Below are positions 25,491-37,611 of a stretch of DNA of 64,000 nt, piece by piece. The notes beneath the pieces were generated by a model. That model was given only the letters and a program-made list of their open reading frames with translations, was not told where the DNA came from and ran no database searches. This DNA comes from Octopus sinensis (taxonomy: Eukaryota), in the NCBI RefSeq assembly GCF_006345805.1, contig NC_043022.1:5952001-6016000 (forward strand), given 5' to 3'. The first letter of the stretch is position 1. Each line of letters opens with the position of its first letter. The position numbers and the translations under genes are program-made.

Positions 25491-25613
25491 ACAGAACTGA
25501 TTTTTTTACTTCCTTGATGAGGAGATGAAGCTTGAAATATCAGGCACTTTCTTGGTCCTATTAATAAACAATATGTTTATTCAAACCACTACACATCAGG
25601 TGCAGGATACACA

Positions 25614-26020
25614 TAGGTGCAGGAGTGGCTGTGTGGTAAGTAGCTTGCTAACCAACCACATGGTTCCGGCTTCAGTCCCACTGCGTGGCATCTTGGGCAA
25701 GTGTCTTCTGCTATAGCCCCGGGCCGACCAATGCCTTGTGAGTGGATTTGGCAGACGGAAACTGAAAGAAGCCTGTCGTATATATGTATATATATATATA
25801 TAAGTGTGTGTATATGTTTGTGTGTTTGTGTTTGTCCCCCTAGCATTGCTTGACAACCGATGCTGGTGTGTTTATGTCCCCGTCACTTAGCGGTTCGGCA
25901 AAAGAGACCGATAGAATAAGTACTGGGCTTACAAAGAATAAGTCCCAGGGTCGATTTGCTCGACTAAAGGCGGTGCTCCAGCATGGCCACAGTCAAATGA
26001 CTGAAACAAGTAAAAGAGAG
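25614..26020 (+). mobile_element. SINE family C
   Basis: Full-length, high identity to 22219-22623. Confidence 0.9.
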
Positions 26021-26527
26021 TATCACCTTATATTTAAAGCAACATTTCTTTCCCGCATTTCTTTGCTATAAACTATATTTATCTTGCATCTTTTTAATTG
26101 AAAACTTTCCCTGTTTCTTAATGAATTTTTCTTATCATCGTTATCGACATTCTGTTTCAAAAATAGGATGCAGAGACCTAAAACCAAGCAATTCATCATT
26201 TCAAATTGCCATTATTACAAAGATTATTAGAATACATGTAGTTTTCATTTTTTTCTTTTTAATTACCATATCTTTCCCAATTAACTTAATGACACCACTA
26301 ATCACTGTTTTACTCTTTCTCTCTCATGCATACGTCCCCCCTCACCCTCTCCTTCACTCTCTCATTTATACACTTCACACACACACACACACACACTTTC
26401 ACACAGATGGTAAAGGGTTTATTCCAGACTCATTTGCTCCTTTCATTTAGAAGTTCCAAATAACTTTGTGTTTATAGATACATACATAACTGTGGGATCT
26501 ATTTTTACACACACATGTATGTGTATG

Positions 26528-26558
<31 letters not shown>

Positions 26559-27184
26559 TTTCAATACTCACACACACACACATAGATAAAGTGTTGCATA
26601 CGCACACACACGTATCTTTATTTCACCAATTTTTTTCCTTTCTCATATGTCAAACTATGAAGATGAAAATTCTTTTCTCAAATAGCTTCTAGGAATTCTT
26701 CTGTCTCTCTTCTATCTTCGGTAGAACTCCAGAAATACTCCTCGAGTGACTAAGAGTACTGTCTGCTAGAATCAAAGCTATTTAGGTTCAGATCTTAAAA
26801 CTCTTAACAACCAAAATGCCAGCAGAAGCAGAAGAGAAAATGACTGACATTAATCCGTCTTGGAAAGTTTAGGATTCCTTTTGGTTACTTTTAAATATTT
26901 TTTATATGTTTGTTTGTTTCTGCTTTTATTTATTTATTTATTTGATATTCTGATCTTGGTGATGCCACAATCGGGATATATTAAAGGGGAGTTTGTGGAA
27001 TGAGAAATCATTTAATTGGTGTGGAGAGAGGGAAGTGTAGCGTTTTGGGGGTTGTTGCCCTTCACCAGAAAGTTTCCATGTGCCAAGCAGCCAAGTATCT
27101 TTTTTCCTTTTTGTTCTCTGATGAAGGTTTAACCCTTTCATTACTGTATTTCTGTTGAGATTCTCCGTATTTCTTTCGATTACT

Positions 27185-27581
27185 TTAACCCTTTTGTTAC
27201 CAACCCGGCTGAAACCGGCTCTGGCTCTGTTGTACAAATGTCTTGTTTTCTTAAGGTTTCAATTAAAATCCTCCACCACACCTTAGTTACAATTTATGTT
27301 CCCAATACAAGCTTAATGATAACTAAGTTATTTTACTAAATTCTTTGTTATATATAAAGTAATTGAAAGAAACACAGAACATTTCAAAATAAATACAGTA
27401 ACGAAAGGGTTAAATATAACAAAGAATTTAGCAAAATAACTTCATTATTAGTAAGCTAGTGTTAGAACATAAATTGTGACTAAGGTTTGGTGGAAGATTT
27501 TAATTCAAAACTTATGAAAACAAGACATTTGTACTGCAGAGCCAGAGGTGGTTTCAGCTGGGTTGGTAATGAAAGGGTTAA
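27185..27581. mobile_element. piggyBac-like MITE
   Basis: TTAA at both ends; TIR TTAACCCTTTTGTTACCAACCCGGCTGAAACC / GGTTTCAGCTGGGTTGGTAATGAAAGGGTTAA; extra internal end at 27400-27413. Confidence 0.75.
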
Positions 27582-27776
27582 GAGTCCAAAACACAAAACT
27601 TTCTAATCTTTGCACCAAAAGGATTTGTTTGACAGTCCAGGAACTTTTTCGTTTAATATTTACCAATGCAGATTCTTGCCTCTTTCGGTAGATTCTTGAG
27701 TTTGACCATAGAGAAGATACTCAAAAGTTATTCGGTCAAAATGCTGTTCTTAACTCAGAGACGTAACATTTTATTT

Positions 27777-27951
27777 TAAAAAGCACCCACTACACTCACG
27801 GAGTGGTTGGCGTTAGGAAGGGCATCCAGCCGTAGAAACACTGCCAGATTTGACTGGGCCTGATGAAGCCTTCTGGCTTCACAGACCCCAGTAGAACCAT
27901 CCAACCCATGCTAGCATGGAAAACGGACGCTAAACGATGATGATGATGATG
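27777..27951 (+). mobile_element. Family B SINE/LINE 3' end
   Basis: Core plus (GAT)n tail. Confidence 0.85.
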
Positions 27952-29579
27952 GTGGACGATGGCTGCACATCTGCTTCACTGGGTGACATTCAATAATTAG
28001 AAGGTTGTTTTGGGAGTTTGGATGGGTTTATATATACTGTGAAGAAGAATTTAACGTTCTGAGAGAAGGGATCTAGAAGGGAGCCCTTAAAAGGCAGTGC
28101 TCCAGCCTGGTTGGCATAAAAGAAAAATTTAAAGGGAAATTATATTTGGGTTTTGTTGTTGATGTTGAAATTCTAAAGAGTAAATCCCTCATCCTGTTTA
28201 ACTTCAGGGGTAAGGTCCTGGGGTAGTTTCACTGCATTGGAAGCGTTTTAGACAAGACTTTGGTTTGAGGATAACTTACTCCCTGCCACCTTTTCATCAC
28301 ACACACACACACACACAACATTTCTGTGTGTTTGAAGAAGAGACACATGTGTATGTTTTAGGAGTATGTGCTTAAATGTGTGTGTGTGTGTGTGGTGTGT
28401 GTGTGTGTGTGTGCATAGCTAGTTGAGTGTGTGTATATGAAATGTATGATGCAGATGTGTTTATGTTTATGTTTTCCAGTTTCAGCTCTTGAGCTGTGAC
28501 CATGCTGGGGCACCGCCATTTGGTTGTTTGTGTTTGTGTGTGGGTGGGGAGGGACACCTAATTTCTTCGTTAACGATTATAAACAAAATGTTTCTCATTA
28601 GTTGTTCACTGAGTCATTAAGCCCTTTCCCCCCCCTCTCTCTCTCTCTCTCTCTCCATCTTTATCAGATCATTTCCAATCACTGTTCCAAACTTTGCTTT
28701 CGCCCTTCTGTTTCCCTACTTTGCCCCCATCACCCCCCCCCCCCCACACACACACACACACAAGGCAGGTGAGGTGTTATTTATGCCCTTGGGCAAAAAA
28801 AAAATCAAACATGCCCCCCCCGCCATTTCCCCCCCCGTCCCTGCACCCTCCCCCTTCCCTCCATATACTGACAACAGGATTAAGCAATCTACCTTCCCCC
28901 CCACTCCACCCCTTACCCCATTCCAATCTATAATATACAGCACTAATCTGGTTATCTCTGCCCTCTTCACCATGTAATCTCTTGTCTCCATCTCTCTCCC
29001 TCCAGAACAACACACACACATATTTAATACATATATAAACATATACACAAACATTCATGCATATATACACACACACATGTATGTTGATGTCATAAGTACT
29101 TCATTCTATGCTATCCACTTTTTTTTTTTCTCTCCCCCCCCCCGATGTCTGAATATATTTTACGACTGTACACGCATACATGCATTCATACATACATGCA
29201 TGCACACACACACGCACACACACACACACACCACACACACATGCATCATTAACCATTTCCCTCCCACTCAGCACTTCTACATTTTGGAAGATTCCGAAAA
29301 AAGATATCACAAAAATAATTGTAACATAACAACAACAATGCAGATAATTAGTTAATGAATTCTAACGAGTTAAATAACTTGCTGAAAGGGACACTTCCTT
29401 ATTACCATAACAACAACAGTGATACTTGTGTGTGTGTGCATGTATGTATGCATATATATATGTATATATATATGTGTGTGTATTAATGAATAAATTGCAT
29501 CTTGTTGCCGAAACAGCTGTAAGCTAATGAAGTTCATAAGGTAATTGTTTATTTCTTTGTCATCTCATTTTCAAACGTG

Positions 29580-29752
29580 GTCGATGCCAGTGCCGCCTTA
29601 CTGGCTCCCATGCCAGTGGCACATAAAAAGCACCCACTACTTTCTCAGAGTGGTTGGCATTAGGAAGGGCATCCAGCTGTAAGAAACCTTGCCAGATCAC
29701 ACTGGAGCATGGAAAGCGGATGTTAAATGATGATGATGATGATGATTATGAT
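29580..29752 (+). mobile_element. Family B SINE/LINE 3' end
   Basis: Core plus (GAT)n tail. Confidence 0.8.
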
Positions 29753-29787
29753 ATATATATATATATATATATATATTACCAGTAACA

Positions 29788-30107
29788 GAGAATAAATTTC
29801 AGGTGTGGACTAGAGCCAAAGGACCTTGGAGTTAATCTAGCAAAAACCAAAGTCATAGTAAGTAGGAAAGCAAACAAATCACAAATCCCTTGAGGTAGAT
29901 GACCCTGCTCGATGTGTAGAAAAAGTCATAGGCAGAAACTCCACAGGATGTATCTGTGCAAGCTATGGACACATAAGAGGTACAACAATATCAGGGGAAA
30001 GTTAACCGGGAAAATAGTCTTTGTGTGTGGCAGATGCACAGGTACAATAAACACTAGAAATATACTGAAAACTGACTCCATCAAATGCCAGGGGAGATAC
30101 CTAGAAG
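29788..30107 (+). mobile_element. RTE-clade LINE ORF2 fragment (degenerate)
   Basis: Translates KGLGVNLAKTKVIVSRK (RT end, GL.VN..KTK) followed by the Cys-rich PCSMCRK...CKLWTHKR...FVCGRC block typical of some RTE elements; internal stops. Confidence 0.8.
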
Positions 30108-30243
30108 GGGTTGGCCTTAGTGGGGGAATCCAGCCATAGAAACCATGCCAAATCAGACTGCTATCTGGTGCAGCTCTCTATCTTACCTTATCCAGTCAAA
30201 CCATCTAACCCATGCCACCATGGAAAGCGGACGTTAAATGATG

Positions 30244-30245
<2 letters not shown>
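30108..30245 (+). mobile_element. Family B 3' end abutting the RTE fragment
   Basis: ATCCAGCCATAGAAACC...CATGGAAAGCGGACGTTAAATGATGAT. Confidence 0.75.
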
Positions 30246-30320
<75 letters not shown>

Positions 30321-30322
<2 letters not shown>

Positions 30323-30531
30323 CTCTTTACTCTCTTTTACTTGTTTCAGTCATTTGACTGCGGCCATGCTGGAGCACCACCTTTAGTCGATCAAATCGAC
30401 CCCGGGACTTATTCTTGTAAGCCCAGTACTTATTCTATCGGTCTCTTTTGCCGAACCGTTAAGTGATGGGGACGTAAACACACCAGCATCGGTTGTCAAG
30501 CAATGCTAGGGGGACAAACACAGACACATAA

Positions 30532-30564
<33 letters not shown>

Positions 30565-30723
30565 CATATATACGACAGGATTCTTTCAGTTTCCGTCTAC
30601 CAAATCCACTCACCAGGCATTGGTTGGCCCAGGGCTATAGCAGAAGACACTTGCCCAAGATGCCACGCAGTGGGACTGAACCCGGAACCATGTGGTTGGT
30701 TAGCAAGCTACTTACCACACAGC
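30321..30723 (-). mobile_element. SINE family C
   Basis: Reverse-complement match. Confidence 0.9.
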
Positions 30724-31049
30724 AGTTTGTCACATCTGAGTTTGTTGTAGGTTATCCTACATGTTGGGACTTCCTTTTGAAATTCCCTCTGAGGAAATAC
30801 CCAATTGACTGGTTTTGAATGTGGGAGTTTGAATTGAATTTTATTTCTGTAATTGAATTGATTGGGTGAGGAAACAGCTGTAGGTAGGAATTTCTCTGCA
30901 AGAATTGAAATGTCTTTAAATAAATAACGTCTGTATGTCAATTTTATCTATTTTCTTCATTTTCTCATTCATATATATATATATATATATACAGACATAT
31001 ACATACATACATACATATATACACACATATACATATGTGTGTATGTATG

Positions 31050-31081
<32 letters not shown>

Positions 31082-31472
31082 CATGCACATATACACTTAT
31101 ACATATGTCTGTGTGAGTACATAAGATATAAAAAGCAATACCCCAATTACAGTGTGTTTGTTGTAACACACACGTGTGTGTGTGTGTGTGTGTGTGTGAG
31201 TGTGTGTGTTGTGTGTGTGTGTGTGAGTGTGTGTTCACAAGCATAATATTGAGTTTGATTCTTTGTGTTTGGTCCGATTCTTTTTGAATGGAATTGTGTG
31301 AAAGCCACCAAACATCTGCATGGGTTTAGGTACACAAGACCTTCTTTTGTTGTTCTAGCTGACGGTGGAGATGGTGGGGCGAGGGGGCGGGAGGCGAGGA
31401 GAGAGAGAAAGAGGGAGGAAGAGGGAGGGGAGAGAGGTAAAGATGTAGAAAAGTGGTAGAGGGCAGCTCCTC

Positions 31473-31480
31473 TATATAAA
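31473..31480 (+). promoter_or_regulatory. Possible TATA box (TATATAAA) in GC-richer unique DNA
   Basis: CTATATAAAC followed by E-box CAGCTG and a (GA)n tract; motif only. Confidence 0.25.
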
Positions 31481-31509
31481 CTGGCCATCAGCTGGAAACT
31501 GCAGCAGCC

Positions 31510-31930
<421 letters not shown>

Positions 31931-33082
31931 AGAAGCAGCATTAACTCCATCACCACTTCTGCCACAGCCACCACCACCATATTCTCAGTGTCTCCCACCC
32001 TCTCCTCCTCCTCCTCTCTCCCCCACTTCTGTACTCCCTCAGCAATCCTTTATCCCTGCATTCCCCTACCCTCCCACTACCACTGTTCTAACTCTTCCAC
32101 CCCCCCACCACCCCACACACACACATAATGGCCCTTTACACAACACCCATCTTCATCACCACCCCCAACACAAACTGACATGGATTTATAGGACAACAAG
32201 GAAGTCTTGACCTGCCAAAATTAGCAGCCAGGTCTTCTTTAATTCCACGCCCATCTTAGTGGTGTCCCCAATAAACATACATACATACACACATACATAT
32301 ATACATACAATACAGAAATATATATGTGTGTGTGTGTGTGTGTGATGGAGGCTAACCTGGGGCTAAACAACAACGGGGGGGGGGGGACACCACCCCTAAC
32401 ACCCTGATATGATTGCCATTGCCTATCACCTTCTGACACTTCCATATTGTCACTGATGCCCCAAACCCCTACTCTTCTTTTGTTGCAGCCCCTTCTTCGC
32501 AAACGACACACCGTCAGGAGATGTGAGCCTGCAGCCAAAGCCATCACTTTTAGTTACGTTGTTTAGCCCCAGGTGGATTCTGATCCTGTAGAAGATGTGT
32601 CATTAAAGATGTCCAACTCATGACCATCATGTCTTACTTCTTCACTAGTATTCCTCGGACTACATTACCATGTGTGTCTTACTTAAAAAAATACTATGTC
32701 GTTTGAGGAAGTTTGTGCTGTTATTTCTAGGAGATTTTTTTTATCATGAAGGATCTCCTTGCTGGCTTATGATTGTTAAGGGCCTAATTTATTAACAGAA
32801 ACTTGAAAAGAATGATAGCCACAACATCAATTGATATCAAGACTCAGTCCAATACATCTATTTGATTTATCATCTCTGACTTCAGACTTTAAAATGCCTT
32901 TTTTTAGGCATTTACCAATGTTTTCATCCTTATAGGTTTTCAGTGATCTAGAAACACTCTCAAGATGATGTGTATGTGTGTGTGCATGTTTTTAATTATT
33001 ATAAACCTTCCACTGAGGAGGGAACCAGTTTCCAACAAAGATACAAGGCTCCATCTTTGGGATGTAGTTAATACAGACAAAT

Positions 33083-33465
33083 TCACATTTGGAACTTGAG
33101 AAAAGTCTTGCATATTTTTACTGTTCCGCTCACAGATTGCACTTGTAATGTATGAATCAGCCGGTCAGTTTCTCTTTCTGAAAATCCCAGTTTATCCAGA
33201 TTCTCCTTTAAGCATTTACTAATGCTCCAATTATTATTGGTATAAATATGAATTCATAGTCTGGATATAGAAGCTGGAGGTTTCGAAGCAGTTGTCCATG
33301 GACATCCTCTTTTTCTTTGATTTTCAAAGAGATATCTATATCTGCAGGGTAGCTAACCTCTATGGTGGTCCATACCTTAGCCCTTCTCTCCCAAACAACA
33401 ATATCCGGCCTGTCATGTTTACATCTGGCAGAAGTTTCGATGGAAATATTCCACCAGTATTCTTT
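33083..33465 (-). mobile_element. Restriction-like endonuclease (RLE) C-terminus of an R4/Dong/NeSL-type non-LTR retrotransposon, frameshifted
   Basis: YWWNISIETSARCKHDRPDIVVWERRAKVWTTIEVSYPADIDISLKIKEKED...IPIIIGAL, then after a frameshift KCLKENLDKLGF...VSGTVKICKTFLKFQM*; RPD-IV and IEV..P..EK motifs. Confidence 0.85.
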
Positions 33466-33664
33466 GTATGTACGTACGTATGTATGTATATATACATATG
33501 TATGTATGTATGTATGTGTGTATACATATGTATGTATTGTTGACAGCATAAGAATTTAGAAACTTCAAGAGAGCCAGAAATAATTCTCTTCTGGAATGGG
33601 GAAACTTGAAGTAGATAAAGCTACCATTGTGAAACCTGGATTTTCTATCCCATTGAGTGCATGT

Positions 33665-33753
33665 GTTCTTGTCCGATCACTGAAGTTAAGTAACGTCGAG
33701 CCTAGTGAGTACTTAGATGGGTGCCCGCTTGGGAAACCTAGGTGCTGTAAGCA
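33665..33753 (+). pseudogene. 5S rRNA-derived sequence (about nt 31-119 of 5S)
   Basis: GTTCTTGTCCGATCACTGAAGTTAAGTAACGTCGAGCCTAGTGAGTACTTAGATGGGTGCCCGCTTGGGAAACCTAGGTGCTGTAAGCA aligns by eye to metazoan 5S, including box A and box C; 5' part disrupted. Confidence 0.85.
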
Positions 33754-33760
33754 TCTCACA

Positions 33761-33820
33761 CAAGGCGGTGCCCCAGCATGGCCACAGTCTATTGACTGAA
33801 ATAAGTAAATAAGAAAAAAA
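33761..33820 (+). mobile_element. Family C SINE 3' tail directly after the 5S segment
   Basis: AAGGCGGTGCCCCAGCATGGCCACAGTC..TGACTGAAATAAGTAAA. Confidence 0.8.
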
Positions 33821-35006
33821 TTAGTCTGGAATCTGACTGTGTTGAAGCTCAGGCTGAGTGTTTCATTGAAAATACCCTGTCTTTCTACCCTCCTGGGACC
33901 TTGTGTGTGCGTGAGCACATTAAGATAAAAGTGTTGGTCGAAGGATGTAAGAACCCTAATTTCAGCAATTAGAAGACCCCTTGTCCTCAACCCCGAGAAT
34001 CACTTATGAATGTGTGTGTATCGGAGGGGGTGGGGGATAATTGATGGTGCTAATATCCAATTCTGAAAATGGCTTGTGATGTTACAACATCTGGGTTTTG
34101 CTTAAAGTTGGGAGCAGCTGAGTAACTTTAGACAAATTACTGTCAGGTATAATTTTGTTCGTTAACAAACGAACTGGATTACTTATTTTACTTGTGAACT
34201 ATATAATTAAATAATGAAAAACATGATGCAATTATGAGGAGGGGGAGGACAGCACAAAGGTTTGAGCGTGGGAGAGAAGAAGAACACGGTAAAATAGTCG
34301 TTAAATTGCTTGGAATCATGGCTTTTATAATTAGGGATTTTACCACAGAGAAAAATTTTTAGATGGCAGAAAGAAACCAGAACTCGAGGGGAAAAGGTTG
34401 CATTGGTTCATTTTAGAAATTAGGGCTGGAGACCAAATACCAAATATGTAGAAAAATCTGAGATTCCAATTCTCATTGAAAATTAGTGAAGCTGTTAATT
34501 GGGTAAAATTAAAATCCATTGCAAATGTTAGCACTTTATTTATTTATTTTATTTTTTATTCTATAAAAACATTTTTTCCTGAACTTCTCTGTGAACCAAT
34601 TCCTTAAGAAATACACAGTTCTAAGTTTCGGTTAATATTGAAAATAATCAAAAAAATTGGAAGAATTTTTATTAGTTTTTTTTTTTTAAGCTGATGTTTT
34701 TTGGATGTTTTAAGCATGGCAAAAAGTTCACACACATTAATTTTATGATGGAATTCTTTAGATGAAATCTGAATATTTTTAGAACAGCTGGTTTATATCA
34801 TGGAACCAGAAACAGTCAGAGTTATTCTCATATGCAAATGGTTAAATAATATCTCTGTTCCTAGAACTGACTTGCTTGGCTTTGGTTAGGATTGAACCCC
34901 AGGCACTTTGTACAACAGCTATTCACTGGTTCAATCAACTACAGCATAGCCAAATGGCTTAAGAGGTTTGTTTTGCAATCACAAGATACTTGATTCAATC
35001 CCACTA

Positions 35007-35385
35007 CATCATCATCATCATCATCATCATCATCGTTTAGCGTCCGCTTTCCATGCTAGCATGGGTGGACGGGTCAACTGGGGTCTGTGAAGCTGGAAGG
35101 CTTCGTCAGGCCCAGTCAGATCTGGCAGTGTTTCTATGGCTGGATGCCCTTCCTAACGCCAACCACTCCACGAGTGTAGTGGGTGTTTTTTACGTGCCAC
35201 CTGCACAGGTGCCAGACAGAGCTGGCAAACGGCCACGAACGGATGGTGCTTTTACGTGTCACCGGCACGGGGCCAGGCGATGCTGGCAACGGACACGAAC
35301 GGATGGTGCTTTTACGTGTCACCGGCACGGGGCCAGGCGATGCTGGCAACGGACACGAACGGATGGTGCTTTTACGTGCCACCGA
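35007..35385 (-). mobile_element. Family B element with internal 60-bp tandem repeats
   Basis: 60-bp period visible 35221-35385; mirrors 59395-59793. Confidence 0.88.
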
Positions 35386-35475
35386 CAAACTGAGTTGAGT
35401 CTATAGAAAATAACATTTTCTACTCCTTGTGTTCTGATCTTTCCTTATGATCCTATCCTGGAAAGAGAGGAACAC

Positions 35476-36000
35476 ATCATCACCATTATCGTTTAATGTC
35501 TGCTTTCCATGCTGGCATGGGTTGGACAGTTTGACTGAGAACTGACTGGTCGGATGGCTGCACCAGGCTCCAGTCTGATCTGGCAGTGTTTCTACAGCTG
35601 GATGCCCTTCCTAATGCCAACCCCTCCAAGAGTGTAATGGGTGGTTTTACGTGTCACCAGCACAGGAGCCAGTCAGGTGATACTGGCATTGATCAGGCTT
35701 CAATGGTGCTTTTTATGTTCCACTGGCACAGGTGCCAGTCAGGTAGCATTGGTATCAGTCACACTCAAATGGTGCTTTTTATGTTCCACTGGCACAGGTG
35801 CCAGTCAGGTAGCATTGGTATCAGTCACACTCAAATGGTGCTTTTTATGTGCCACTGGCACAAGAGCCAGTCAGGCATCAGCCACACTCGAATGGTGCTT
35901 TTTACGTGCCACTAGCATGGGTGTCAGTCAGGCGGCACTGGCATTGGCCCAGGTATATAAAAGGATATTTTACACAGCACTGGCACAGGAGGCTTTTTAA
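35476..36000 (-). mobile_element. Older family B element with internal tandem repeats of about 66 bp
   Basis: ATGGTGCTTTTTATGTTCCACTGGCACAGG repeated at 35703, 35769 and 35835. Confidence 0.8.
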
Positions 36001-36104
36001 GTGGTGGCACTGGCACCACCTGTAAAAGACAAGCCTGTATGTGTGAAAGACAACGATTTTACTTAGCTTGACACGTCTTATTAAGTACAGCAGTTGTCAA
36101 GTGA

Positions 36105-36328
36105 TGATGGTAAGCACAGACACACAAACATTTACTCACACACACACACACACACACACATATATACAATGGGTTTCTTTCAGTTTCCGTCTACTAAATC
36201 CACTCCCAAAGCTTTACTTGGCCTGAGGCTATAGCAGAAGACACTTGCCCAACATGCCATGCAGTGGGACTGAACCGGGAACCAGGTGGCTGGGAAGCAA
36301 GCTACTTACCACACAGCCACTCCTATAT
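36105..36328 (-). mobile_element. SINE family C (5' half)
   Basis: Head and body match. Confidence 0.8.
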
Positions 36329-36917
36329 GTAAGATGAACTACCACAACCATCAGCCCCATTCCTACCACTGCCACCATGACCACCACCACCAACACCAAC
36401 ACCCATACAATCAACAGCAGACCATCAATATCACTTACACCACATCAATAACAGTAATACAAGTACCGATAAATTAATGATTATATATATGCCTGCATGT
36501 GTGTGTGTGTGTGTGTCTGAAATAAACAAAGGGACCCCTCATGATATGGTAGTAACCCCTCCCTTCTTATCACCAATAATTTCTGCTCCACCGTGCATGA
36601 CTGCATTTTACCATTTTTACTTAGTAACATTGCTTTACAATAGGGAACCCGGTCATTTCCTGTTCCTACCTGAACTAGTTTTTTCTTTTGTGTGTGTGTG
36701 TGTACTTTGTTCAATTTAATCATCATCATCATCATCAGCAGCAGCAGCAGCAACAGTTGCAGCAGCAGGAGTAGAAGTTGTAATAGAAATATCATGGATA
36801 CCACCACCATCACCACCATCATCAGTAATTAGAATTATTACATGCACGTGCATATATAATGTGTATATGTATAATATATAATGCATATTGTGTGTGTGTG
36901 TGTGTGTGTTCAATATA

Positions 36918-37160
36918 TCATCATCATCACCATTTTATGCCTTCTTTCCATGCTGGCATGGGTTGGACGTTTTGACATGGAATTGGCTTGCAGGGAGCTG
37001 TCTGGACTCCAACTGTTTGTTGTGGCATGGTTTCTACGGCTGGATGCCCTTCCTGATGCCAACCACTTTACAGAGTGTACTGGGTGCTTTTTATATGCCA
37101 CTGGCACAGGTGCATCATTGCAGCAGTGTCACAAGTGCATTTTATGCGGTGCCAGCACCT
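36918..37160 (-). mobile_element. Family B element
   Basis: Core match. Confidence 0.8.
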
Positions 37161-37232
37161 TCAACAAGGAAATATACTTGTGTGTGTGTAGAGTAGATCA
37201 GATGTCCTCAGCTTTGTGTATAGATCATTGTA

Positions 37233-37452
37233 TATGAAGAAGTGCTGAAAATTTCCTGGCTTTAAGGGTATCATAAAAAGTTTGGCAGGGGGCCCAACCT
37301 TCTGAGTTCTTTTACAGGGCTTACAAAATCTGAAGGACTGCTACAAGAAGTGTGTGAATCTGAGAGGGGAATATATTGGACAAAATCATAATTAACTGAC
37401 CCTCTTCTATTTTCTTTTGCCCAAAGCCAGGAATCTTTCAGCTCCTTCTTAT
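37233..37452 (+). mobile_element. Tc1/mariner MITE
   Basis: Same TIRs as 9987-10215; interior LQGLQNLKDCYKKCVNLRGEYI. Confidence 0.85.
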
Positions 37453-37611
37453 AAGTCTGAAAATGTCACAAAGACGAAAAAAAAAAATGCTTGATGAAGT
37501 GCAAAATCCTCAAGACTATTTTGTATAATAAAACACAGATCATCATCATCATCATCACCATTTAATGTCTGTTGTCCATGCTGGAATGGTAAAGACCAAT
37601 TATATATTAGA

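Noticed and set aside
27660-27760. Short open frames on both strands as a coding exon
   Set aside because: Splice signals mediocre and no recognisable protein similarity
27858-27900. CTGATGA-AGCC..GGCT in family B copies (also about 59700) as a hammerhead
   Set aside because: A stem follows CTGATGA but there is no GAAA or stem III/NUH
33083-33753. RLE element targeting the 5S sequence
   Set aside because: They are about 200 bp apart, separated by microsatellite and unique DNA, on opposite strands; no insertion into the 5S sequence
35214-35385. CRISPR-like repeat-spacer array
   Set aside because: Units are contiguous near-identical tandem repeats without unique spacers; eukaryotic context, no cas genes
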